Source: Chlorokybus atmophyticus (Eukaryota; Plantae; Mesostigma and Chlorokybus algae). Taken from it: a stretch of 64,000 nt of DNA. A program made the position numbers and the translations under genes. The notes beneath the pieces are model-generated. The model had not been told where the DNA came from, made no database searches, and saw only the letters and a program-made list of their open reading frames with translations. Below, one piece after another: positions 30,101 through 42,203 of the stretch (positions within the stretch are counted from its first letter, which is position 1; the number at the start of each line of letters is the position of its first letter). The DNA is taken from the NCBI GenBank assembly GCA_009103225.1, contig RHPI01003020.1, positions 1 to 64,000 of the forward strand, in the 5' to 3' direction.

Positions 30101-33100
30101 TGTTGAAAGTATTCCTACATACGATCAGCATCGACCCTCCACATTGGAGTGGAAGGTCGTAAGGACGAGCACTAGGTCCGGACTTAGCAAGATGGCGTCG
30201 TCGGACCAGACTCCGGACTCCAGACTGGAGCCTTACTAACTGCTTTGTATCTCCGCGTATATCTACTCATATTAAGCGTGTAAGAGCTTGTTGGAAAGCT
30301 CTAGTTGTAAGAACAACAACGCAGCCTAGAGCACGTAAAAAGGCTGAGTATAGCTTACGCAGTGCTTGCAAACGTAGACGTGTGTGTAACTGGCTGATAA
30401 AAGAACCAGCGGACAACTTGTAATAGATGAACGTGATGTGACTTGTATATGCTCTGGTGGCGGTAGCTCTGTCTGTGTGTGTCTATGCTTGACTCAATTA
30501 CATGTGCATGCTAGTCCTTCAACAGGTTATGGGCCCACACTACGCTTGAGGAGTGTGAGACTAGCTTGTGTGCATGGTCGTTCTACACTACGGTAGCTTT
30601 ATGGTAGCAGGCCTTGAGTGTCAACTGCAAGTGAAGGCAGGCACGACAGTGATGGAGGCGACCTACGACAAGGGGCAGATTGCAAAGCTGAACACCGACG
30701 ACTACAACACATGGTGCGTGGCGATGAAAGCCTTGCTCATTCACAAGAAGGTGTGGAAGTACGTTGATCCGAAGACACCACCACCAACACCAGGAGCAAA
30801 CACTGTATGGTCAGAGCATTTAGCAGACGCACACTCTTTGCTTGTGTTGAACAGCAAACCGCATCACTTTCCCATGCTCACTGCATGTGAAGATGGTAGA
30901 CAAGCTTGGGAAAAGCTATCAGCCGTTTTTAGAGTCAAGAACAATGCCAGGAAGTTGCAGCTACGCAAGCAGTAGAGCGCACTCAAGAAAGAGAAATCAA
31001 AACCTATTACGAAGTATGTTGCACGCGCAAGGGAGCTATGGGCGGACCTCATCAACGTCGGCCACAACATGGGGGAGACGGAGGTCGTGCTGGCCATTAT
31101 TGCAGGACTATCAGCAGAGTACGAGGTCGTAGCAACCCAACTGAAGACGTCATCCTCAAAGTTGACGGAAGACGATGTGCTACCTAGGAGCTGCTCACCC
31201 TAGAGCCAAAAGTTATGAAGATGGACGAGCAAGCGGACGCCGTGGCCTTCTGCACCGGCAAGCACGCAAAGAAAAGCAGTCATGAAGACAAGTACAAGGG
31301 CAACAAGCCGGGCAACCCTCGTTACAAAGACCTCACATGCCGTTGGTGTGGTTGGAAAGGTCACATTGAGAGGGACTGTCGGAAGAAACAACAGGGGCAA
31401 CCTAGAGCAAGCACCAGCAACAGCAGCAACGAGCATCATCACAAGCAGAAACATGTCGCCTTCATCGCATCCGACTCGAGGGAGAACACAGCTTTTTGGA
31501 TGGTGGACTCTGGCTGCAATTGTCATCTCACACCCAACAAAGAGGAGATGGAGAGCTACAAGAAGCTGACGTCTACAGTGAAGGTAGCGGGCTTCAGTGG
31601 CGAAGTACTATTGGCTGAGGGAGTTGGCAAGGTACGACTCCAGTGCAAGGTTGATAACACAGTGCACGAGGTGTTGTTACGCAACATCCTGCATGTTCCT
31701 AAGGCTATTGCGAGTCTATTCTCTGTAAGGGTTGCGGAGCGCTTAGGAGCGGAGATCCTATTTTGGAAGGGTGGCTGCTCAGTCATTCTAGATGGGGTCG
31801 TGCACATGGTTGGAATCGCCGGTCCGGGAGGGCTCTACCACGTGGAGCAACCTTAAGACATTGATCCAAGCCATGGTGGTGATGGACAAAGAGTCGCCAA
31901 CATTGTTGCATCGAAGGTTCGGGCATCTCAGCTACGTCAACCTCACTCGCCTTGTCGCTGAGAAGATGGTCAAGGGCATCCATCTCCACACAGAAGAACT
32001 TGAGAATGCATCAGGTGCATTTTGTGAACCATGCCTGGTTGCCAAGCAGACTGCTATGCCATTCCCATCATCCTCTTCTAGCAGTCAGCATCCTTGCGAG
32101 CTTGTGCACATGTCTGTGGCCCTATGCGCATTATGGCGAAGGGAGGGGTCAAAGACTTTGCTACATTCCTCAACAACTACAGCAAGCTATCCGTCATCTT
32201 TTCTGTTGACACTGAAGTCAGAAGTTGCTGGAGCTGTGCTCACAGTTGTGGCCTTGTTGGAGAACCAGTCTGGCAACAAGATGAAGGCAATGAGGAGTGA
32301 TCGAGGAGGGGAGTACATCAACAAGGAGCTGAAGGACTTCTTCGCCAGCAAGGGCATACGCCACGAGACAACGACACCCTACACCCCGCAGCAGAATGGA
32401 GCAACTGAACGCCTCAACAGGACACTCCTCAAGCGTGTTCAAGCCATGCTTCACGACACAAAGGTGGAAGACAATCCGTGGAAGGAGGTGGTACTCACTG
32501 CCAACTACATCCGCAACAGGTCTCCGATGAGCTCAGAGCAAAAGACTCCGTGGGAGCACTTCTATGGAGCCACACCAGATGTGAGTGGTATGCGTGTGTT
32601 TGGATGCACGGCATATGCACTAGTGCCTAAACAGCTCAGGCAGAAGTTGGCACCGGTCAGCAAGAAAAGCATTTTCGTTGGCTACGAGTCGGGTTCAAGG
32701 GCTTACAGGATCTTGCTTGAAGACACTTAGACGATCATTGTCAGCAGAGAGGTGGTTTTCCATGAGGGATTGTCACAACCAGAAGCGAGCTTCTTTCCAA
32801 GAGATGACGATGAAGTACAGCCACAGAAGCATCCTAAGACAGTTGAAGCTGAGGGCGAGGCAGTCATCAACAACAAGGGTGAGCGAGACTCAGTTGTAGC
32901 AAGCCAAGAGGAGCCGCATCTGCAGCAGGAGCACACAGCTCGGAGATATCCAGTGAGGGAAAGAAAGGCACCTGACTTCCTACACAAGGCACACGTCGCC
33001 AGTGTGCAGGATAATGAAGAACCAAGCACCTATGCGGAGGCATTGTCAGCACAAGATCCGGAGCAATGGCAGCGTGCTATGGACGAGGAGATTGCGTCAC

Positions 33101-35010
33101 TCCATGCCAACAACACTTGGTCACTTGAGCAGTTACCGCAAGGTGGGAAGATCATTCCAGTGAAATGGGTCTTTAAGGTGAAGCATGATGGTTAGGGCAA
33201 CATTGAGCGCTACAAGGCAACACTGGTGGCAAAGGGCTTCTTGCAGCAGAAAGGTGTGGACAATGAAGTGTTTGCATTTGCAAGTAAGCAGACCACCTTT
33301 CGTGCTAGCTGTGGTTGCTGCTGAAGACCTAGAGCTGCATCTTCTGGATGAGAATACTGCCTTCCTCTACGGAGAGCTGGAGGAGGAGATCTTCATCGAG
33401 CAACCACCTGAATATGAAAAAGGGGAGAGAGGCACAGCGTGCAAGCTGATCAAGGCACTGTTCGGTCTGCGCCAGGCACCGCGTATGTCGCACATCAAGC
33501 TCACCAAGGAGCTGGAGGCACTTGGCTTCACCGCATCCTCTGCAGACCCTGGGCTCTTCTTCCATGTAGACAACAAGGTCTGGCTGCTTGTGTATGTGGA
33601 TGATATTCTCATCACCACCATGCAGGTGCACCACCTGCAGGAGACAAAACTTACTTTACAGCAAGCATTCTCGGTTCGTGATCTTGGAGAGGCCAAGTGG
33701 TTCCTTGGCATGGTGATTGAGCGCGACAGGGCTGCTCGCACATTCAAGATCAGTCAGGAGCAGATGGTGAGCAGACTCGTCACCAAATTCGGGCTTACTG
33801 AAGCGAAGACCAAGACCACACCGTTAGCACTTGGCACTGCCCTCATCAAGGCAAAGGATGAGGAGGTACTCAACAAGGCGCAGTATCCATATGGTGAGCT
33901 GGTAGGCAGCATGCTCTATCTGGCGGTGTGCACACGTCCCGATGTCGCACATGCTGTCGGAGTACTTGCTCGCTACATGTCTGCACCGAGCATGGAGCAC
34001 TGGAGAGCAGCAAAAGGAGTACTACGCTATATTGTTTGGAGCGCAACAGTTGGCACCAAGTTTGGGAGCGGGAGCACTGAATTGAAGGGCTACTGCGACT
34101 CGGACTTTGCTGGTGACCTCAACAGCAGGAGGTCCACTACAGGCTACGTCTTCAAGCTGAACGGAGGCGTGGTGAGTTGGAACAGCAGGCTGCAGCCAAC
34201 AACAGCAGCAGCTACATCACAGGGTAAGTACATGACAGCGGCAGCAGCAGTGAAGGAGGCACTTTGGCTTTGAAAGCTCATGGCAGACCTGAAGCACCCC
34301 ATGGCATGCATCGTCATCAACTGTGACAACTCAGGAGCCATCAAGTTGTTGGAGCATCCCATTGCCTCGGCAAGGACGAAGCACATTAATGTTATGCATC
34401 ACTTTGTGCGAGACAGGGTTACACGGAGAGAGGTGGAGTTCCAGTACTGTAACATTGAAGACATGCTGGCGGACCTTATGACAAATCCATTATCATTGCT
34501 CAAGTTCAAGACTTGTTGCGCAGGACTTGGCATCTATGTTTGACAATAAAAGCAAGCGTTGGAGGTCAAGCTGCTCGCGTGGGAGTGTTGAGAGTATTCC
34601 TACATACGATCAGCATCGACCCTCCACATTAGAGTTGAAGGTCGTAAGGACGAGCACTAGGTCCGGACTTGAGCAAGATGGCGTTGTCGGACCAGACTCC
34701 GGACTCCAGACTGGAGCCTTACTAACTGCTTTGTATCTCCGCGTATATCTACTCATATTAAGCGTGTAAGAGCTTGTTGGATAGCTCTGGTTGTAAGGAC
34801 AACAACGCAGCTTAGAGCGCGTTAAAAGGCTGAGTATAGCTTACGCAGTGCTTGCAAACGTAGACGTGTGTGTAACTGGCGGGTGTAAGAACCAGCGGAC
34901 AACTTGTAATAGATGAATGTGATGTGACTTATGTATGCTCTGGTGGCGGTAGCTCTGTCTCTGTGTGTCTATGCTTGCCTCAACTACATGTGCATGCTAG
35001 TCCTTCAACA
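30101..35010 (+). mobile_element. Ty1/Copia element B, full length with two LTRs, degenerate
   Basis: LTRs 30101-30524 and 34586-35010 (TGTTG...CAACA, roughly 20 differences by eye), PBS GGTTATGGGCCCA at 30525, TSD TAAAT/CAAAT. gag (LNTDDYNTWC..MKALL), CCHC CRWCGWKGHIERDC, PR WMVDSGC, IN (RSDRGGEY, TPQQNGATER), RT (IIPVKWVFK, LLVYVDDILI), RNase H (GYCDSDFAG, HPIASARTKHI). Order IN-RT confirms Copia. Confidence 0.93.
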
Positions 35011-35232
35011 CAAATTCCACCCTGATGGGGGAGGAAAAGGGAGTGATAGTCTTGGTCTTATTATTGGTGAGATGACGAGTGCAGCCTGAGTCTAGGACCC
35101 ATGATGAGGAAGATTGGACAGTCCCTATATAGCTCAGAGCCTTGGGTTGTCTTCCAACAACTAGTGGTGCGAAAACATCTGATTGCTCCCCTTTGCTCCG
35201 TCCACCATATTCTTCAACTTGTTGACAGGCCG

Positions 35233-35706
35233 TGTCACAGCCCACTCAACCACAAAAGACTTGGTGCTTTTATGGTCGATTAGTGGTAACTTAATGTACC
35301 TTCCCGTTACATTCCCCCCCACTTAAGAACGCTAACAACCTCGGCAGCTGACTCCCATCAACTGAGAAATCATCCCAGGGGTCTGATTAGGGTCGGTCAC
35401 CGGCCCCACCGCACAAGGACCGGCCAATTTAGGCCCATAACGATTAGCGCGCGCATAGCGCACCAATGCCGGCCCCACAAGTCGCATCGCAACAGGCAAG
35501 TCGCGTCCCATCGATGATGGCAGTTATAACCATGTACGATGTTACTGGATCGATAAACAACGACCGCGGAATTTGTGTGCAAGGCAGGAATCGAAACCGG
35601 GTCTCAAGCTCCGATGACCAATATCACAGCCCACTCGACCACAATAGACTTGGTACTTTATGGTTTATGGTCGATGTGTGGTAATCTATTGTACCTTCCC
35701 GTTACA
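35233..35706 (-). mobile_element. TRIM copy 2 (same family as 3254-3750), inserted in Copia A
   Basis: LTRs 35233-35311 (79 bp) and 35622-35706 (85 bp, small internal duplication). Same PPT, PBS TGGTCATCGGAGC, TSD GGCCG/GCCCG (1 mismatch). Confidence 0.88.
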
Positions 35707-37115
35707 GCCCGCTTGTTAACAGCCCATGTTGACAGTCCTTGCAAATGCGACAGTCTTCTTGCTTTGCTGCCCACCTCCCTTCCTCTTCGCTTCATCACGC
35801 TGCCGTTTGCTACACCCCTTCTTTCAATGGCCCTCCTTCTTATAGTAGGGGCACGTTCCCTTCTTTCTTTGAGGACAAGTAATGCCTCTCTGCTGGTGAT
35901 AGCCTTTCAAGAATGTTTCCACAAAAGCTACTGCATCTCCACCACAGTCCGCCTCGTTGGCCTTCCGCTGCTCTACTTGCAGCAGGTAGGGCGTCACAGC
36001 ATCAAGAAGCTCAGCTGCTGATGACTCCAGCACTGTTACCACCATCTCATACTCTTCTAGCAGGCTCGCCATGATAGCCCGTACCATTTCCATTCCTTTT
36101 ACATCATGCCCGACTCCTGCAAGGTCTCGTTGCAGATCTCGTGGTCGGGCAATGTATTTGACGAGCGGCTCTCCGGGCTCCTTCTTGAATGCACTGAGGT
36201 CCGTGCGTAGTTGTATCGTCCTTACATTGGTTCTGGCATTGAAGAAGTCCTGCAACTGCTTTCAACACCCCCGCAACTTCTTCCAACATTTTCGACTAGT
36301 CTTGCACTCATTAATCAAGCCAAGGTGATGCTCCTTCACATGCAGGCCAATGCGTGCAAGAGCCTTCAAGCTAGTCTTGGCACAAGCTGACTCTTCACCT
36401 GCCCGTGCCTCCGCTCCATCAAGATCCACATACTCTCAGAGCTTGCTTGGTAATCAGCACCATTTTCATGCGTACACTCCATGTGTTGTGGTTGTTTAAG
36501 TCCATCTCGCTCCACCATCATCTTGTCGTCACTGGTAGCCATGTTGCCTTTTTTTGCTCCTCGTGCAGACGTCTGTCCCTCAGTTCCGACGCTGACCTAG
36601 CTAGAGATGTTGTAGTGGTCTTTCGCTAAACCTTAACCCAGCTAGAGTGGGCCCATAACCTGTTGATTATCAGAGCTAAGCAGTGTTGAATGTGCTACGT
36701 TAAGCCTATCTCACACACGAGCATGCACAGCAGCAGCTTGCACACTTGAAATAGGCAATATGGATCATGAAATCTGCCTCAGCACACACAATATATGTAG
36801 TCCTAGCCACTTTCTTACACGATGAACATAAGATTTTCGTGTTGCTTATGCTAGCTATTCCATCATGTGCTAACATACAAATGGACTCTCCTGTCTGGAG
36901 CCCTCTAGCGCCGCTAGAGGTCTACTTCACTATTATCAATGCCACAACTTCAGTCTTGCAGATATCTTTCATTGACAGTCGGAGACTGTCAATGTAGGGG
37001 CTGTCAATGTAGGCGACTATCAATCAAAGGGCTATCGATGTAGGCGACTGTTAATGCTAAGAAGCTGTTCAAGCTGACCGTAGCTTGTGAAGATAGTAGG
37101 GGCTGTCCTCCAACC

Positions 37116-38550
37116 CTCCTCTGTAACTTTTTACTGTCTTCACCGACTTGCTAGACACATTCTTTAACCATAGTACCACCTCTCTCACTACAGTTGGGAC
37201 ATCTGACTTGAGCTTCACATGACGCACTAATAACAGCTTGGAGAAGTCATTAAGGAATATGATAATGTACAACGCTCCCCCCTTAAATGGCTCTGGTAAC
37301 GGACCACACACATCTGTGTGCACCAAGTGTTCAACATGCTCGCTGGCGCTCTCAAAATTCTGGAAAGGTTGCCTATGCATCTTGGACAGCACGCATGGCT
37401 CGCACAACACACCTCTGGATTGCTTGATCTGCGCATTACTCACCTTAATGCCTTTGACAAGATTTGTAGCCATCAGACAGTGAAGGTTGTCATACCGAAG
37501 GCGTCCAAACCTTCGATGTCCAAGTTCAGCTGACTCAGGGACTGTCGCCACAAGTGCCTTATCAATTTTAGCTTCTTTTCTTAACGAGCCCGTCTTGCTG
37601 CTCGCTCGTGATGAGGCAGACCTTGCCATCAACTCGGACAGACCTCTGCTCCTTGTTCTGACAGATCAGTTTTAGCCTTTAAAGCAACCTTCATGGAGAA
37701 GAGGCTAGTCTGTGCACGTCGGACATGAAGAACCTCCTATAGCTCCAGTGTGTACACACCTTCTCCCACCTTGCATTGAAGCACTGCCTGGCCTGTACCT
37801 GCTACCTCTAGGCTCCCACCCAACACCTCCGCAGTGCGCGGCCTTGTCTGAACCTAGTAGTTTTGTAGCAGCTCAGCATCCAGAGTAAGATGCTGTGTAC
37901 AACCAAATTGAACACCCATACAGATTTGTCTTCCTCTGGATACTGCAAAAGCAAATGCTCCACCCACTCCTCTCTGTCCACCCTGTGAATGGCCAATTTT
38001 TGACAGCTACTAACAATTACCCTTCCTGTGCCCAACTTGGTCGTAATGGAAGCATTTCCCTTGAAAGGCTTCTTTTGCTTCTTCTGATTTCCACCCCTGT
38101 TGCCATGGCTGTTGTTGCTTGTAATAGCTTTTCCGGATAACTGCGCTCGAGCACTGGACTCTCCATCAGCCTTATTGCCCTTAATCCGTGATTCTGCCTT
38201 CAACAGGATTGGTAGTATCTCCTTAAAATTTCTAGTTGTTGTTGATGCCCTCCAACACGATCACAACAATCTTAAACTCGCGTGGCAACCTAGACAACAC
38301 ATTCAAGTACATATCATCCTGAGACTGAATCTTCAATAAAGGTCAAATCATTTCTGCGCTTCTGTGCACGTCCCAAATACTTTGTAACTGTCTTACTAGC
38401 AAGCTTCCTTATGTTGTAAAACGCTTGCTTAAGCTCAATTTTACGATCAATACAGCTTGTAGAGAACATGTTTTTCAAAGCTTCCCATGCATGCTTGGCA
38501 TCAGATTGCATCTGTAGCAGTGGCCTATGACATGCTCAACGTGCATACTC
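37116..38550 (-). mobile_element. Truncated Copia fragment C (gag-PR-partial IN), same family as Copia E
   Basis: Paralogous to about 48820-50820 (KHAWEALKNMFST, ELGHRRFG, LVHTDVCGPLPEP). Truncated at both ends. Confidence 0.8.
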
Positions 38551-39372
38551 TCACAGTGTTACCCTCATTGCTCGAGTGAGTGCGTTGCATTCTGCACCAG
38601 ATAATGCAGTCTATATCTCGGAACACATCCCTGTGCATTCGTTATTACTGTCATTACATAGTGCGCACACAAGCACTAGTGTGGTGAGAGGTAGCGGCAT
38701 CAAGACAGGCAGTAGAGCACAAACACTCTACCTTGCATACACTTTCACCTTTGGACTAGCTGTATGTGCAAGCCCACCCCGTTCTCTCCAATAGTCGAGG
38801 GTGACCTCAGCAGCTAGAGCCCAACCTCCAACCTCACCTACGAGCGGACCCGCAACGGGAGCAACGATCGTAGCAGCAGAGGCTCACGTTCTGTCTCCGA
38901 CTTTACTTCCTTCCTGTACACTCCACGGGATTGAGCTTCCCAACTCTTGTCTAATAGTAATGACTACGAGAGGCAGTCTTCCAGCTCAACCACGTCCCTG
39001 CGCTTCTCCGGACGTGCTGGCACTCCCTCCGAGGCGAGTCGCTGGACGCATTCATCATCAAAGTTCCACTCTAAGATGCAACAGCAGGCGCTGAAAAACA
39101 AAAACTGGTCAGATGAGATCGCTTTTCACATTAATGCTTAGTATCTAGACCATGAAGCACGAACGTCTGGAAGTCTGCTGCTGAACTGCATCGGGTTGAT
39201 GGCTATGGCGAGCTTGCCAGCATCAGAGCATCTGCGTCACTGCACTGTCCAGCAGCCGTCTTTGCACCTGCCACTACCGCTGCAGTCACCGGTTTGTCCA
39301 TAGCGGCAGCCACCGATGGAGCAGAGGAGGAGGAACCTGAGTTGGTGATCGTCACCCTGACCCCTGCAGAGA

Positions 39373-40385
39373 TTGAGATCAGAACGGCCGCGACGGGCCC
39401 GAATCCTAGACCGTTTTGCTGCCATCCTTGAAGAACAACGAACTGCAGGCGTTGAGGTGGGCACACCCCTAATTGTAGCAACGCCTGGCTCTCATGCGGG
39501 AGGCAATGCTTTCACCCTCGGGTCAGTTGCACTGCGCGCACCAGCCATCATTGTAGGTGCTACCATCTCTAACTCTCCACTCAAGGATCTATACGCTGCA
39601 CTTCGTCGCACCTGCCCACTGCAGACCACTAGCAAAGTGGAGGAGTTGAGGCGGTTCCAACGCAAGCCCAATGAGGACCCTCTACGCCTGTACTCAAGAC
39701 TAGAAGGTCTGTTGAAGGACATTGACTACAAGATCGTCAGCAATGAATGGCTGCTGCGGTGGTATATGTCAATAAGTTGGATGCCACCATGAGCGAGTCA
39801 ACGCGCCTGACCCTGAACTACAGCAGGCCCCTTGGCTACACGCTTAAGAAAGCTTTTGAGACTGCACAAGCCATCCATAAGTGCTTGGTGTATGGGAAGG
39901 CAGTGTTGGACACCAACCGCAGCGCCTCACGGCCTGTAGCTAGCACAACTGTCGAGCCTCCTCGCCGCAAACGTGACCGGGACGCTCCACCAGCACGCGA
40001 CGAAGGGAAACGGTCAGCGCATACTGCTTTGCCTACCCCTGCGCTATGTCATCGCTGTGGACGGCATGAGCACTACAAAAAGGAGTGCACCAAAGAGTAC
40101 TCAACTCTGATCTGCGACTACTGTCACAAGACAGGCCACTTGGAATCAGTCTGCTGGCTTAAGTTCCCTGAGTTGAGACCCGTTAATAGCTACAACAGCA
40201 ACAACTCTGGCGGCCACAACGGCAACAACTCTGGTGGCTACAACAGCAACAACACTGGCGGCCACAACGGCAGCAAATCTGGTGGCTACAACAGCAATTA
40301 CACCGGAGGCCATAACAACACCAACAACTACGCCAATGCTCGCAAGGAAGAGCAAGGCTACATGGGGAAGAATCGCCCTCCTTAG
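39373..40385 (+). pseudogene. Gypsy gag: capsid-like segment, two CCHC zinc knuckles, N/G/S/Y-rich repeat tail
   Basis: EELRRFQRKPNEDPLRLYSRL; CHRCGRHEHYKKEC and CDYCHKTGHLESVC (40047-40154). Frameshift near 39780. Confidence 0.8.
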
Positions 40386-42203
40386 TGCAAGGGATTGGAA
40401 GGACATCCGCGCGCTGCTGCTGTTGCCGCCAAGGCTCCAGCCAACCCGCCAGCGGATGACCATATGGCTGCCCTCATGGCGCATATGACATGCTTGGAGG
40501 AAGACAAGAAGCAGGACTACCGCGCCTGTTACTCTGCCTGATGGGCACTGATGGCTCCAAAGCACACGAGAGACACCAACACTCCGTCGCATATTTGACC
40601 ATCTCGACGAGTTCGAGTAAAAACCGCAACATTGTCAGCAGCTACCTCTTTTGAAGCCACCAGTGGTGCTGCACCAGCAGCAACAGTTGCACCGGCTACG
40701 ACGACTCCATCAACATCAGCAGCAACTGCTTCAATTTTACCAGTTGATGGGTTTTTAAAAAAAAGAAAAAAAAAATCACCGGCTGGTACACCAGTGAGCA
40801 TCGTAACGCCGACACTGGTTAGCACGCAGGCAACAGCCACTGCTGTCATCAACCCTACAGCAGTAGGTCGCACCGGTCCCGATCCAACTGTAGGACCACC
40901 TGTGTCAGCATGCGTTGAGACCACTCGCGCGCCATTGAGCGGCCCTCTCGACACCACCGGCAATGCCATCGTCGAGCCTGCTGCCACTGCAGCGACATGC
41001 GCAGCTATTTTGCCCGCCCTCGACGTCACTCAAGCTGTCCCTCGAGGTCAGCAAGGTAAGCGTGCTTGGGAGACCATCATGCGTGGAGCAGATCCCACTA
41101 CCATTGCTTCTGGGCGCAGAGGGGGAGCGCACAACACGCGTTAAACGCAGTAATCGAGTCTTCCCACTGCCTGATTGTCACATGCTGCCAGAACAAACTC
41201 AACGGCAAATGGAGGATGAAATTCTCGACGGCACGGCGCCTCTTATGCGAGATCTTGTCTTTGTAGTCAAAACACCTGTTGTACTGGAGTTGGCACTACA
41301 GCTGTTCTGGACTCTGCACAACGACATGCAGACGGCGCCACGCCAACCTGCAGCAGTCCGTCATGAACCCTTTAAGCGCAGCCCACTGGACACGTATTGA
41401 GACCGGCAACCCAGCGTATAGCAGCACATTGTTGATGCAGCCGACATGCCTCTGGGTGACAACAAAGCACTGAGGCCCCTCAATACCGTTCGACTTCATG
41501 AGCGCTACACCGCGCTAAAACAGGTGTTTACCTGGCGACAGGATCAAGCGGCAGCGATTGACGCAAGAGCGCACGCCCTTGCCAATGCTCGCGCTGACAT
41601 TCTTTAACCCACAGTCGCTGGCCCATCATCCAGTACGACACCTCTCGTCGGTGGGCCCTTCATTAACCACATGAGGGCGCTGGCCCAACAAACCAGGGGG
41701 GTGATCGCCCCGCTGCTACCCGCCTTGTTGGAAGACTTGCCTAACGATTAACGGGATCCAGGGAGAGGCTACCTCACACCGCAAAGGTGGACACAACGAG
41801 ATGGAGCAGGTTCAATCGGGGAACAGCAACTTCGCACTGCCCTATTGCGACAAGCAACCATGCTGCACCGACAAGAAGACATTGGCCTGAGACGGGTGTT
41901 GGGGATGCGAGAAGGTGGTCATGCAGCTCGAGCAAGACTAGTGACTTGGCTAGTCACCAATCACCCCGCAGTCCCCCTGTTCGCCTTCGGCACCGGATTG
42001 TTCTGGTTGGACGCCTTCCTGCGCTCGCTACGGCAAGCCTATGACGAGGTTGCCTTGGCAGCCACTAACACCTTAAAAGGAGTCCAAGAGGCCATACTGG
42101 AGTTGTTAGGGGTGGAAGCAGCATGGCAACGCAGACGCATCGCAGCTGCTTGAGAGCAGCATGTCCAACAGCCAGAGATTTACCTCACTGTGCGGGCGCG
42201 AGC

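Larger units (their letters stand above)
26575..37115 (-). mobile_element. Ty1/Copia element A (degenerate), host to Copia B and TRIM copy 2
   Basis: Related LTRs at 36661-37115 (5') and 26575-26987 (3'). PBS GGTTATGGGCCCA at 36648-36660 (rc), PPT next to 26987. gag about 36560-35720, protease WVLDSGCTRH about 35100 rejoined to 30100, integrase about 29700-29000, RT/RNase H about 28550-27000 (KPIPIKWV, HPIASSCSKHINV). Flanking 5-mers do not form a TSD. Confidence 0.8.

Noticed and set aside
38557-38800. 5' LTR of the DNMT-Gypsy
   Set aside because: It starts with TGTT but no matching copy is found after the integrase/PHD, so it cannot be supported as an LTR.
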